A stretch of DNA of 64,000 nt from Diplonema japonicum (lineage: Eukaryota > Protista > Euglenozoa: Diplonemea), in assembly GCA_964019335.1 (NCBI GenBank), contig OZ025755.1, forward strand, positions 62,001-126,000. The letters are read 5' to 3'. The position numbers and the translations under genes are program-made. A model generated the notes under the pieces. The model did no database searches, was not told the DNA's origin, and saw nothing but the letters and a program-made list of their open reading frames with translations. Of this stretch, positions 1-9,101 are shown piece by piece; the first letter of the stretch is position 1; each line of letters starts with the position of its first letter.

Positions 1-960
1 GAACGAGAAGCACCCAACAAGACTGCCTCAAAGCCGGTTGCTGACCGGGTGAAACAGGACGTCATAGCTAAGCTACGCAAGCGATCCCGCGAGATTGCCC
101 ATGGTGGGGGTGGGGAGGAAGAACCTGCAGATTATGCGTCCTTTTATTCTTGCCTGAAGTGTCGAGGCTTACCGCAAGCTAACAGAAATCACAATCCGGG
201 CCAGGGTTCGCTTACCTTTTTAACGATCCCCCACCCGGGTCTGCAACCGTGCCCCCGCCCACTGAGGACGTTCCTGCGCCCTCGCCTGGCCCTCCGCTCC
301 CGCCTTCCGAGGTCGGGCTGGTTCGAGAAGTGGTGCAAGAGTTGACCCGATGGAGATTGATCCATTGGGGCCATTGGGACTGTCAGTCGGCCCAGAACCA
401 GCACCCAAAGACCCGGACATTGAGATCAATGAGATGTTCAGCAGGCTGGGCATCGACATTTCTGATGCACCTTCTGACGAAGAAGAAGAAGAAATGCCTG
501 ACCAAGAAGCCTCAGCCCCAAGCCAAGCAGCGGCACCAAGCCAGGTGACCCCAAGCCAACGAACGAACAACGTGATGAGGGTGCCCTGCCCCAACTGCAG
601 CGCAACCCTCAAGCAGGTTAGAAAGGAGACCAGTGTGGGAGTGCACGGAATGCTCTGGTGAGCATGACATGAGCACCCGCGGGAGGGTCTGCCCGTCCTG
701 CGACTATGTGGTGTGCTTTACGTGCAGGACTGGGCAATAGTGAACTAGAATTGCGGTAATACCACCCCCCCTCCCCGGCTGGGGGGTATTTTGTTTTTGT
801 CTTGGGATTTTTTATTTTTAGAGATATTTTCTGGGATTTTTTTTATTTTTGTAATTTTTATGTGCTGTCTTAATGGTGTTCTGTAAATATTATGTGCCTT
901 TTTCGAATTTTTTGCCCAATTTGGGACTTTTCACATAACAATATAAGTACAAATCGGGTC
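1..960 (+). mobile_element. Right part of a degenerate DNA-transposon-like element (truncated by window start) with a frameshifted Cys-rich zinc-finger ORF
   Basis: Plus-strand fragmented ORFs run against the gene cluster. 578-740 reads CPNC..LKQVRK..(frameshift)WECTEC..RVCPSCDYVVCFTC*. Reverse complement of 884-960 (gacccgatttgtactta..aaaagtcccaaattgggcaaaaaattcgaaaaaggcacataat) matches the left end of the MITE at 37401. No transposase catalytic motif seen. Confidence 0.5.
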
Positions 961-990
961 AAAAAAAAAAAAAATAATAATAATAAAAAA

Positions 991-3438
991 TCACGGTTTT
1001 GCAGCATGTTCCCTGGCCTCACGAGCTGCCTCCCTTGCAGCATCACGGGCTTCACGGGCGGCTAGCTGTTTGTGTGTAACAAGCTGTGGAGTCCCGCCCC
1101 GTTTAGGGATGAAAAGCCGGAGTTTTTGCAGCATGGTGAATGCTTCGAACTCACGGTTGCCGTACGCGTGGATCGAAAGCTCCACCACAATGTTGATGAA
1201 CTCGAAGAAGGTAAGCCCGGTCTGACCCTCTTTGCTGTTCTTGTTTTTCTTGAGGAAGAGAAGCTCGAGCTCAGGCTGCGTCAGAGTGCGAATCTTATCG
1301 ACCAGGTTGGCTGGAACATCGATATTGAATGTTTTAAGCCCGTACTTGGGCTCGTAACCTTCGGGCATTCGGTACTCGTCCGCGTCGTGTCCAGTATGGT
1401 CTTCTCGTTTCCCGTCAGCTGTCATTTTTTTGCGGAGTTCGAACGCCTTGTTAGAGGCATAACCGGTGGTGGGTCTTTCAATGGATTCTTCCACCCTCAG
1501 GACGGCAGGTTTTTTCTCAGATGCGCCGAGCTGTCTGAACGATCTCACCACCCCGCACTCTCTAAAAAACTTGCAGAACCTTGTTGCAGACATTTCCCCC
1601 TTCTTCAACCCGCAAGCCTTGTCAAAACACTCCCGCAGCTCCTTGTTGAACAAAACTAAATGCTCGTGCTCATGAGAATCCGTACAGGGGTAAACTTGGA
1701 CATACTGACCCTTATGCGAGGACTCGTAGGATTTTCTGAGAGACGGTCGATGACGAGGGAGCAAACCGTAGGTTCCTAGTTTTAGCGCGGATGCGACCAA
1801 TGGTTCTTTGATGGATTGATCCAAGGGAGAGCTTGCTTCTAATGACGGACCGGCGTTGACTTCTAGAAGCCAGGGTTTCAATTTTTCGTCGAACATAACG
1901 TCAAAACCGAGAATTTGGAAGCATTTGTAAGCGTCGTCAGCGGGTTTAGAAATAGCCTCTAGGTTGATCTGAAGCGAGGGTTGCAACGCAAGCATTGTGT
2001 TTACAACCAGGCTGTTGATACCTTTCCATGCTTCGGTCGCGTCGTGTCCATTGGCGGTGAGCCAGTCTCGGATAGACTTCAAATTACGCTTAGAACCAAC
2101 ATCTTGTTGAGTTGCATCAGTATTTGGGACAAAATTGCTGCTGTCCTTGTTCAGCGAATAGTTTGTCAGATGCATGTACGCATCACGGATATTGTTTGCA
2201 TCCAGTGGAACATATTTATTCGTTGCGAAACGAGCCAGTCCTTCATCGAACACATAGATCTTCAAGGGGTCCACACACAGTACCAACACATACACGCGTA
2301 AGTCGAATTTTAAACCGTCGATCAGTAGCGGGTCAGCTACGTACCTTTGAACCACGTATGGGACATCAGGGTTTCTCCGTTCGCCGAGGATTTCGTGAAC
2401 ATCTTGGGTGATAAATATACCAGCTCCTTGCGCGCCTCGGGATGGTTTCACGATCCACATGGGTCGCTGTTGATCCACCTTCTTCTTCGATTTCTTTTTG
2501 AACGTTGGGATCGCTGCTTCGATCTCATCCTCGTCACCTGGGAGGCAAAACGTCTGCGGGTAGAAACTGAAATCATCCGGAAACAACATCGACATTCTGT
2601 TCATGTGGTGCGTGAACAGTACCTTATTGCATAAATCGCGCATTCCCGGGAACCTGTTCAGCCTTTGCTTCTCGTCTATGAGGGTCTTCGCCGTCTCTAC
2701 TGAGATACTTCTGTCCGTCCATATCATGTTTGCCCCGTCTCTTAACGGAGCGAATTCGCATTTTGCGGTGTGGACACCGTTCAAAACCACCGGTTTTGCG
2801 TACTGTGCATTGACGTAAATCTTCACCCTTTCCTTTATTTTTCTCGGTTTCCTTCTGACGTCTCTGTACCTGTGGACCTGGTGCGTCGACACAACAAGAG
2901 GAGGAGGCGGAGGTGGGACTTCAGCGACGGCCTTCTCCTTTTCCCGTTCTTTTTCCTTCTCCTTGCGATCTTTCTCGCGTTCTCTTTCCCTCTCAAGGTG
3001 GATTTTGTGCTTGTCTCGAAGTGACAGATGTGCTATGTCATCGTTATCACGTTCAGGTGGAGCCTGTGAAAGAGAACGGAGAGCGCGGACGGAAGAAGGA
3101 GGCGCGCTTGTTGGCGAGGTCCCGGGACGTTTTGTCATCAATGGGACCCTTCGTCTTGCGGGTGTGCGGGCTTGATCTGGAGACATTGTCGAGTGTGGAA
3201 CAGCGGTGGCGGGTCTTGACCCCAATGGGCTTTTCGGGAGCTGTGCTTCTTCCTTCTTCCTTGCGGGGAATCTCAACACCGGTCTCGGCGGGGTAATTGG
3301 TACTTCGATTTCCTCTTCTTCTTCCTCGCCTTGCAAACCCAGCGGCATGTACCCATCTCCTCCCAGATCGTCGTCGCTTTCCTTTGCAACGAATTCCTTC
3401 TCTTCGTGCCGAAAGGAACTTGGGTTGATTGCCTTCAT
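991..3438 (-). CDS. Tubulin-tyrosine-ligase-like (TTLL) polyglutamylase
   Basis: ATP-grasp TTL motifs WIVKPSRGAQGAGIF, VQRYV, KFDLRVY, HLTNYSLN, LGFDVMFD, LLEVNAGPS. Q in the QGxG signature suggests an elongating (TTLL6/11/13-like) enzyme. ATG preceded by an A-run. Confidence 0.92.
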   Translation of the reverse strand: MKAINPSSFRHEEKEFVAKESDDDLGGDGYMPLGLQGEEEEEEIEVPITPPRPVLRFPARKKEEAQLPKSPLGSRPATAVPHSTMSPDQARTPARRRVPLMTKRPGTSPTSAPPSSVRALRSLSQAPPERDNDDIAHLSLRDKHKIHLEREREREKDRKEKEKEREKEKAVAEVPPPPPPLVVSTHQVHRYRDVRRKPRKIKERVKIYVNAQYAKPVVLNGVHTAKCEFAPLRDGANMIWTDRSISVETAKTLIDEKQRLNRFPGMRDLCNKVLFTHHMNRMSMLFPDDFSFYPQTFCLPGDEDEIEAAIPTFKKKSKKKVDQQRPMWIVKPSRGAQGAGIFITQDVHEILGERRNPDVPYVVQRYVADPLLIDGLKFDLRVYVLVLCVDPLKIYVFDEGLARFATNKYVPLDANNIRDAYMHLTNYSLNKDSSNFVPNTDATQQDVGSKRNLKSIRDWLTANGHDATEAWKGINSLVVNTMLALQPSLQINLEAISKPADDAYKCFQILGFDVMFDEKLKPWLLEVNAGPSLEASSPLDQSIKEPLVASALKLGTYGLLPRHRPSLRKSYESSHKGQYVQVYPCTDSHEHEHLVLFNKELRECFDKACGLKKGEMSATRFCKFFRECGVVRSFRQLGASEKKPAVLRVEESIERPTTGYASNKAFELRKKMTADGKREDHTGHDADEYRMPEGYEPKYGLKTFNIDVPANLVDKIRTLTQPELELLFLKKNKNSKEGQTGLTFFEFINIVVELSIHAYGNREFEAFTMLQKLRLFIPKRGGTPQLVTHKQLAAREARDAAREAAREAREHAAKP

Positions 3439-4221
3439 TTTTTTTTTTCTGGTTTTTTTTTTTTTCTTTAGTTGTTTCTCCTTTTTTTTTTTTGTATATT
3501 TTTTTTTTTTTAAAAAAAGTTTTCAGATACAAATATCAAAAAATATTTTCCCGATCGTGGAGGTAATACCCAAGAAGAAGGGGGGGAAAAAAAAAATCGA
3601 TAAAAGCTTCAGTGTGCATGTTAAAGGAAAGAAAATGCACATCAATCGGTCACCGCAGTTGCTGTGGTGCCTGGTTGTCGCGAATGGGGGAAGAAGAAGA
3701 GAAAAAAAAACTATTCTGTTAACGGAATCGTGCAATACTTCCTATAGGCGCTCTTGCAACGATCAACACAGCCATCGCCAACATGCCAAATGGGCTAACT
3801 CGCACACTGGTGTGAGCTTCAATGCAGCTAAACGTTTCAAAAATTAAAAAAAAAATAAAAAAAGAGAAAAGAATAGTCACGGGGTTAGGATACTTTTTTT
3901 TACCCCCCTTTTTTTTTCCCAGGTGGTGGGGAAAATATGGAAATATTAAAAAGTACATCAGATGTGTTGTGCTGTTGGCCCTTCTCGTCGGTCATCACCG
4001 GTAGCGCCCGAGTGGGAGAAGCAGATGCTCTGGGTGGCGAACAGGCAGCAACCTACACGGGCTCAGAATCCTGGTTACCCGGGGCGCCCCGGCTGGGGTT
4101 GAGCTGCACACCGCACGCAGTAAGGACACGACGCAGAACGCGGAAGAAGCTACAGCTAGGCCGAGGTGCCCACCGGCTTCCTTTAAATCATCGAGTTTTT
4201 TTTGCTCCCCTTTTTTTTTTC

Positions 4222-7200
4222 TCAATCATCAAAAAGAGCGTCCCACTCCTCGACAACAGGAGGGGGGAGGGCGAGGACCTCCCCTGGAAGCGACACCGCG
4301 GCCAGGGCAAGACAGCCCGCGAACACGGAAGCCAAACGCTTCAGAAAGAAAACCCTTCGTCGCTTCTCCCAAAAAGCATCGTTCCCGACCACATGAGCGG
4401 GGTACTTCCCAAGCACGTCACGGGTGGGCACCGCACCAGCGTTCAGAAGCGCAGAGGTAAGAACGATTGACGCAACGTGCAAAGGGGTTGTCATGGAGGG
4501 CCCGCCTGCAGCGTTCACATCAGCACCGTGCTGAATCAGCGCAAAGACGACATCTGGTCGATCTTTTTTCAATGCACTGTGCAGCGGGGTAAACCCGCAT
4601 TTCAGCTTTGCGTTGACAAATGCCCCGAGCTCCACAAGATCACAAACATCTCGAGCTGTCCCAGCATGGTGCAACACCTCCTCCCTCCATTCTCCTGGCA
4701 GCAGCTCGCAGAACTGTTTCATAAGCTTCTTCTTCGCCCTGTACTGTTGCGCTGAAGCGTTTTCAACAAGCGCGTGAAGAACCTGAATGCTCGGGGCACA
4801 CCCACACTCCATCAGCACCCTCACACCCTGAGAACAGATGTTTTCGTTCTTGCACAGAACATGCAACGAATTCTCGTTTGGTACGCCGAACCTCTCGGCC
4901 AATGTGGATAAAGCGCTTGTGAAGCAGTCGACATCGCACCTTTTCGCATTCCTCTCGTGTGCCTCGCAGTATCTGTCGTAGTTCATGCATAGTTTCGTGA
5001 GGATCGAGGCAGAGGGGTCTGTGACCGACTCTGCGACATGTGGTAGAAGGATCATCAGTGCCTTGGCGTTTGGAACCACCATAGCCAGTCTTTCCAGGGT
5101 GATGTCGTAGGCAAAGTGGTTCACAGCACAGCCCAAGGTATCGACTGGTAGTTGTACAAAAGAGCCCTGTGACATGCCTTGCAGTAAGTTGTTGAAGACC
5201 TTATCATCCTTTTGGAGCCCCCCTTCGACCAATGCCTCGAACATCCTAACCGAGCTGCAGGTTCTTAGCATGTTGGGCAGTTTGTGGACCCGTGCTCCGA
5301 AACGTACGAGCCTCACCACCTCTTTTGTGTTCTTCATCTGCACAGCAAAGCCCACGTACCTTTCGTTGGCCCCGATTACGCCCAGCAGACTATCCATCAG
5401 GTTGTCGGGAAGAGTGATGTGCATTAGTTGTGCGATGGTTTCGTCCCAGTTCATGCCCTTTAACCTCTTTCTCACTTGGTGCATGGTTGGGTCGTTGATT
5501 AGGTTTAGAAGTCTTTCAACACATGTTATAAGGAGCTTATCGTCTCTGTTGCCATTGCCTCGCATGTTTGAGCAGAAGCGGAACAGCGTTCGTGGGATGA
5601 GGGCGCAGCAATCTGTTGTAAAAAGAAACCTGCTGACCTCTACGTGATCGTTGAGGATGCTGTGGGAAAGAGGGGTGCAGCCTGCGAGGGTAAGGGCGGT
5701 GTTCGCACCCAAGTCGACGACTCTTCTTACTTTCTCAAGGTCTCCTTCTTCGCACGCATGGTGCAGGATGGTCTCACCGTCCATCCCGCGAGTGTCGATT
5801 ATATTTTTCAGCTTCTCCACACCCGCCCAATCCCCTCTGCTGTAGCAATGCTGAAGCGTGTTTGAATCTGTTGTCTCTGCCACATCGTCTAGCAGCCCTA
5901 TCTCATAGCATAGCAGTTTATCGTGGGATTGGTACAACTTTGGTTCGCGATCATACTTGAGACCCAGAGACATGAGCTTTCGCATTATGATCAAGGTGTG
6001 TAAGGACCATTGCCCGCGTAAGAAACTCTCTTCGGGCTCGAAGCCGAGTTCAAACAACACAGCAGCTACACGGGGGTTGTAACAATATTTGTACAGGCCG
6101 TCGCCGTTCTCGTGCGCACCGTGCTTGACGAGCAGTCTGATGAGCGGGACGTCGCTCTGTTCAATTGCGGTGTGAAGCGGCATTCCATGTATCTTGTTAA
6201 CATCTGCACCCATGTCGATGAAGAGCTGCGCAGTGTCCATGCAGTTCAAGATGTTGTCGTTGTTCTCTTCGTGCTCCAGCCGCCTGCCAGCGTCAAAGAG
6301 GATCTTAGTTGAGAGCTGATCATTCGAATGCGCCCAGAACAGGCTGCCCCACACCGTCGGGTCGGCTCCTGCATCTATGAGCTGTTTCAAAAGTTCTGGC
6401 TCGTTGCGGGGGCTGTACAAAGGCGACATGCCGGCGGTCACATCCATACCTAAGGAGAGGACGAGCTTGGCCACATTGGTATCTCTGTCATAACTTAGCA
6501 AACACCTTGACATGCACTGTTCGTTGAGGTCTGTTCCTGCGGCTAACATGCGACGGAGGACCTCTTCTGTATAACAAGAGTGGGCGCAGGATGTGAGATA
6601 CGTTTGCAAAGCGGAATTCCCGTTTACAGTTTTGTCGCACATGGCACCGTGGTCGATAAGGAGTATGATGAGCAGGGCTTGCTCCTTCGTGCAGTACCAC
6701 TGGGTACCACGGAACAGCGCGCAGATTTTGTGCAGCAAAGGTTCCAGAGGATACGCTTTGGTGCGAGTCGTGTGATCGACAACAAGATGGACCATTTCGA
6801 AAGAGTGGGGTTTCAAGATGAAAGCTTCTTCGTCAAAACGCGCGCCGTGTGCGAGCAAGGTATCCAACAGGCACAGGTCGTCGTTCGATATGGCGTGCTC
6901 TGTGCAGTCACGCAACTCTGCTTCGCTGACTGGTTTGCCTCGTGTGAGCATGTACTTTAACGCAGGGATGTTTTGCTTTCCCTTGCACAGCATTAAAAAG
7001 AAGCCGTCCGCGTCCTCTTCGAAGAAGTCATCCATCAGAGAGGCTGCAACGTCGAACCTTCCGTAGTGGTTCGCGTGCTCGGCCAGACGCTTTATTTCAG
7101 TGCTCTCGAACTTCCCTAGATACACCATTGCCTTGATGATGGAGTAGTCGCCATGATGTCTGATGACAGCGTGCACCTCCGAAAAGTTCAAGTCTAGCTC

Positions 7201-7464
7201 TGCACCCGCTCGGTTCAGTGCAATCATGGCTTGGAGGTCGCTGTCGGCCTTCATGATTATTTCGTCACCCTCGCATAGGTGCAGCTTGCTCAGGGGTGCC
7301 TCGTTGTCCGCAAGCTCTCCCTCTTCGTGCCACAGTGTGAAGCCGCTCGTCCCCGTGGCCTCCCGCACCGCGTCCATCAGCTCCTCGACATCCGCGTTCA
7401 TATCCACCTCAACATCCCACCTCTGGTGCGTTTCCCCGCACACCACGAACAGCAACAGAGACAT
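4222..7464 (-). CDS. N-terminal ubiquitin-like domain + ankyrin-repeat protein
   Basis: N-terminus MSLLLFVVCGETHQRWDVEV..LSKLHLCEGDEIIM is UBL-like. Ankyrin motifs GETILHHAC, GFTPLHSAL, TTPLHVA and repeated GADVN. Start placed at the ATG after the A-run (7464). Confidence 0.85.
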   Translation of the reverse strand: MSLLLFVVCGETHQRWDVEVDMNADVEELMDAVREATGTSGFTLWHEEGELADNEAPLSKLHLCEGDEIIMKADSDLQAMIALNRAGAELDLNFSEVHAVIRHHGDYSIIKAMVYLGKFESTEIKRLAEHANHYGRFDVAASLMDDFFEEDADGFFLMLCKGKQNIPALKYMLTRGKPVSEAELRDCTEHAISNDDLCLLDTLLAHGARFDEEAFILKPHSFEMVHLVVDHTTRTKAYPLEPLLHKICALFRGTQWYCTKEQALLIILLIDHGAMCDKTVNGNSALQTYLTSCAHSCYTEEVLRRMLAAGTDLNEQCMSRCLLSYDRDTNVAKLVLSLGMDVTAGMSPLYSPRNEPELLKQLIDAGADPTVWGSLFWAHSNDQLSTKILFDAGRRLEHEENNDNILNCMDTAQLFIDMGADVNKIHGMPLHTAIEQSDVPLIRLLVKHGAHENGDGLYKYCYNPRVAAVLFELGFEPEESFLRGQWSLHTLIIMRKLMSLGLKYDREPKLYQSHDKLLCYEIGLLDDVAETTDSNTLQHCYSRGDWAGVEKLKNIIDTRGMDGETILHHACEEGDLEKVRRVVDLGANTALTLAGCTPLSHSILNDHVEVSRFLFTTDCCALIPRTLFRFCSNMRGNGNRDDKLLITCVERLLNLINDPTMHQVRKRLKGMNWDETIAQLMHITLPDNLMDSLLGVIGANERYVGFAVQMKNTKEVVRLVRFGARVHKLPNMLRTCSSVRMFEALVEGGLQKDDKVFNNLLQGMSQGSFVQLPVDTLGCAVNHFAYDITLERLAMVVPNAKALMILLPHVAESVTDPSASILTKLCMNYDRYCEAHERNAKRCDVDCFTSALSTLAERFGVPNENSLHVLCKNENICSQGVRVLMECGCAPSIQVLHALVENASAQQYRAKKKLMKQFCELLPGEWREEVLHHAGTARDVCDLVELGAFVNAKLKCGFTPLHSALKKDRPDVVFALIQHGADVNAAGGPSMTTPLHVASIVLTSALLNAGAVPTRDVLGKYPAHVVGNDAFWEKRRRVFFLKRLASVFAGCLALAAVSLPGEVLALPPPVVEEWDALFDD

Positions 7465-7548
7465 ATTTTTTTTATATTTTTCCTTTTTTTTTTTTTTTTT
7501 TTTTTTTTTTGTCAATGAATCACATTGGGGTGGGAAAGTAAACAATTA

Positions 7549-8928
7549 TCATTCCTTTTGCAGGCAGATATCTGTCATCCTGCCGTCGATCGTGAGCGGG
7601 AAGGGTTGGTTCCCAGCGTCGGCCGCGCTTAAGACTAGGTCTGCAAAGGAGCTCCGACCGTGCGGGGAAAAAACACGGATGGCCGTGGAGTAGCGTGGGA
7701 CAGACGAGAGACCGTGCGCCATCGTGCTGGGGACGGCGACCGTGTACATGACGGCAGGGGTGAGAGGAAAGTGCAGATCTGTCGTGCGAAGGACGCTCAG
7801 CAGCCGGTGCATCGGAGGGAGGGAAGAATCAAACCTCACACGAACCCCCGACACATGAGGGAACACCCCGTCCTGCGAAGACAGATGGTGCTCCAAGATA
7901 TCGGTAATATCCTTCCCCGACACAGATAGACATGCCATTGTGACAGGTGCTCGCAACTCGGAAGAGAGCTCGCTCCTACTCACGCACAGCGTGGGATGGT
8001 CGGCACGACCTTTAACCTCGCAAGGCACATCCGACCCCTCAAAAGGCGAGGAGTACAACATATTTCCTTTGAAGACGTTGCTAGGGAGGATTACAACGTC
8101 GACCGACATCAAGTCGCGGATGACATCGGCCACCCATGAGGGGAACCCTGCCTCCTTGGACCGTATGGTGCTGCTGCGTGTGTCGAAGGCGGTGTAAAAG
8201 GGCGCCGCGACGCGGAATCGAAACGTTTCGGACTGTTCACAGTGTTCCGATAATGTTATCTTCCTGCTGCGAAGCCCCGGCTCGCACCGCAGAGCCATCA
8301 ACACAACACCTACCCTGTTGTGCTCCATGGAGCTGTTCCATATTGGGTTATGTGAAGAAAAGACCAATTCTCGTTTGTACGTCATCCACAAGCTTGAAAG
8401 GAGCTCCGGGTGCTCCAAGAGTTCCCTGTACAACAATGTGTGAAGCATGTCGCTCTGCATCCACACTGGGGTTCGATCGTTGAATGAGGTGCTTGAGAGA
8501 ATAGTCTTGACGGTGTTCCCGATATCTGTTTCGGTCATATCAGCTGGGGTGGACGATAGGTTCTTGATGGTGACGTTGAGGGGGCGGAGGGTATGTCTGA
8601 CTTGAGCCCACCATTTTCCGTTCTTTTGGACAGCTTTGAAGTCAGCGCGGATTTTGAGAATAGGGTCTCTTCTAGAAAGGGCCCTCCTTTGTATTGTGAG
8701 GGTCCCGTTGGGATCTATTACCACCTCTGCGGGCCCCTTCACCCAGCGTTCGTCTTCCCTCAGGTACACCCCGCTGAAAAACGGGAAGCCTCCCACCTCT
8801 ACCCCTATACACGTCGCACCCTCGATGCTCAACGCTGTTTCTCCACATCTTGCGTGCGATTCGGTTGATTGGTTTGATTTTGTCGTTTTTGTTCTTCGGG
8901 GCTTCACTGGAGGAGGTGATTGCACCAT
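7549..8928 (-). CDS. Hypothetical fusion: degenerate NADAR/YbiA-like segment + 5'-nucleotidase C-terminal domain
   Basis: EHPELLSSLWMTYKRELVFSSHNPIW..NRVGVVLMALR resembles the NADAR C-terminal half. FDTRSSTIRSKE..WVADVIR..VSGKDITDILEH..GVFPHVSGVRVRFDSSLPPMHRL resembles 5_nucleotid_C. No metallophosphoesterase motifs. Confidence 0.65.
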   Translation of the reverse strand: MVQSPPPVKPRRTKTTKSNQSTESHARCGETALSIEGATCIGVEVGGFPFFSGVYLREDERWVKGPAEVVIDPNGTLTIQRRALSRRDPILKIRADFKAVQKNGKWWAQVRHTLRPLNVTIKNLSSTPADMTETDIGNTVKTILSSTSFNDRTPVWMQSDMLHTLLYRELLEHPELLSSLWMTYKRELVFSSHNPIWNSSMEHNRVGVVLMALRCEPGLRSRKITLSEHCEQSETFRFRVAAPFYTAFDTRSSTIRSKEAGFPSWVADVIRDLMSVDVVILPSNVFKGNMLYSSPFEGSDVPCEVKGRADHPTLCVSRSELSSELRAPVTMACLSVSGKDITDILEHHLSSQDGVFPHVSGVRVRFDSSLPPMHRLLSVLRTTDLHFPLTPAVMYTVAVPSTMAHGLSSVPRYSTAIRVFSPHGRSSFADLVLSAADAGNQPFPLTIDGRMTDICLQKE

Positions 8929-9101
8929 TCCCCCCCCCCCCCCCCCCCCGCTTTTGCATAAATATTTTTTTGTGGTAATAAAACACGGGAATATACTTTT
9001 TTTTGGGGGTGGGGAAATCTAGGTGGGAACGATGGGATAAAAAGGAAAAGGAAAAAAAAAAAAAAAAAAAGGGACCACACCCATTTTTTTTTTCTTCTTC
9101 C

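Noticed and set aside
3960-4190. GC-rich island with palindrome cccggggcgccccgg as a ribozyme or gene
   Set aside because: No convincing ORF or known RNA fold could be assigned; it may be UTR or a decayed coding fragment.
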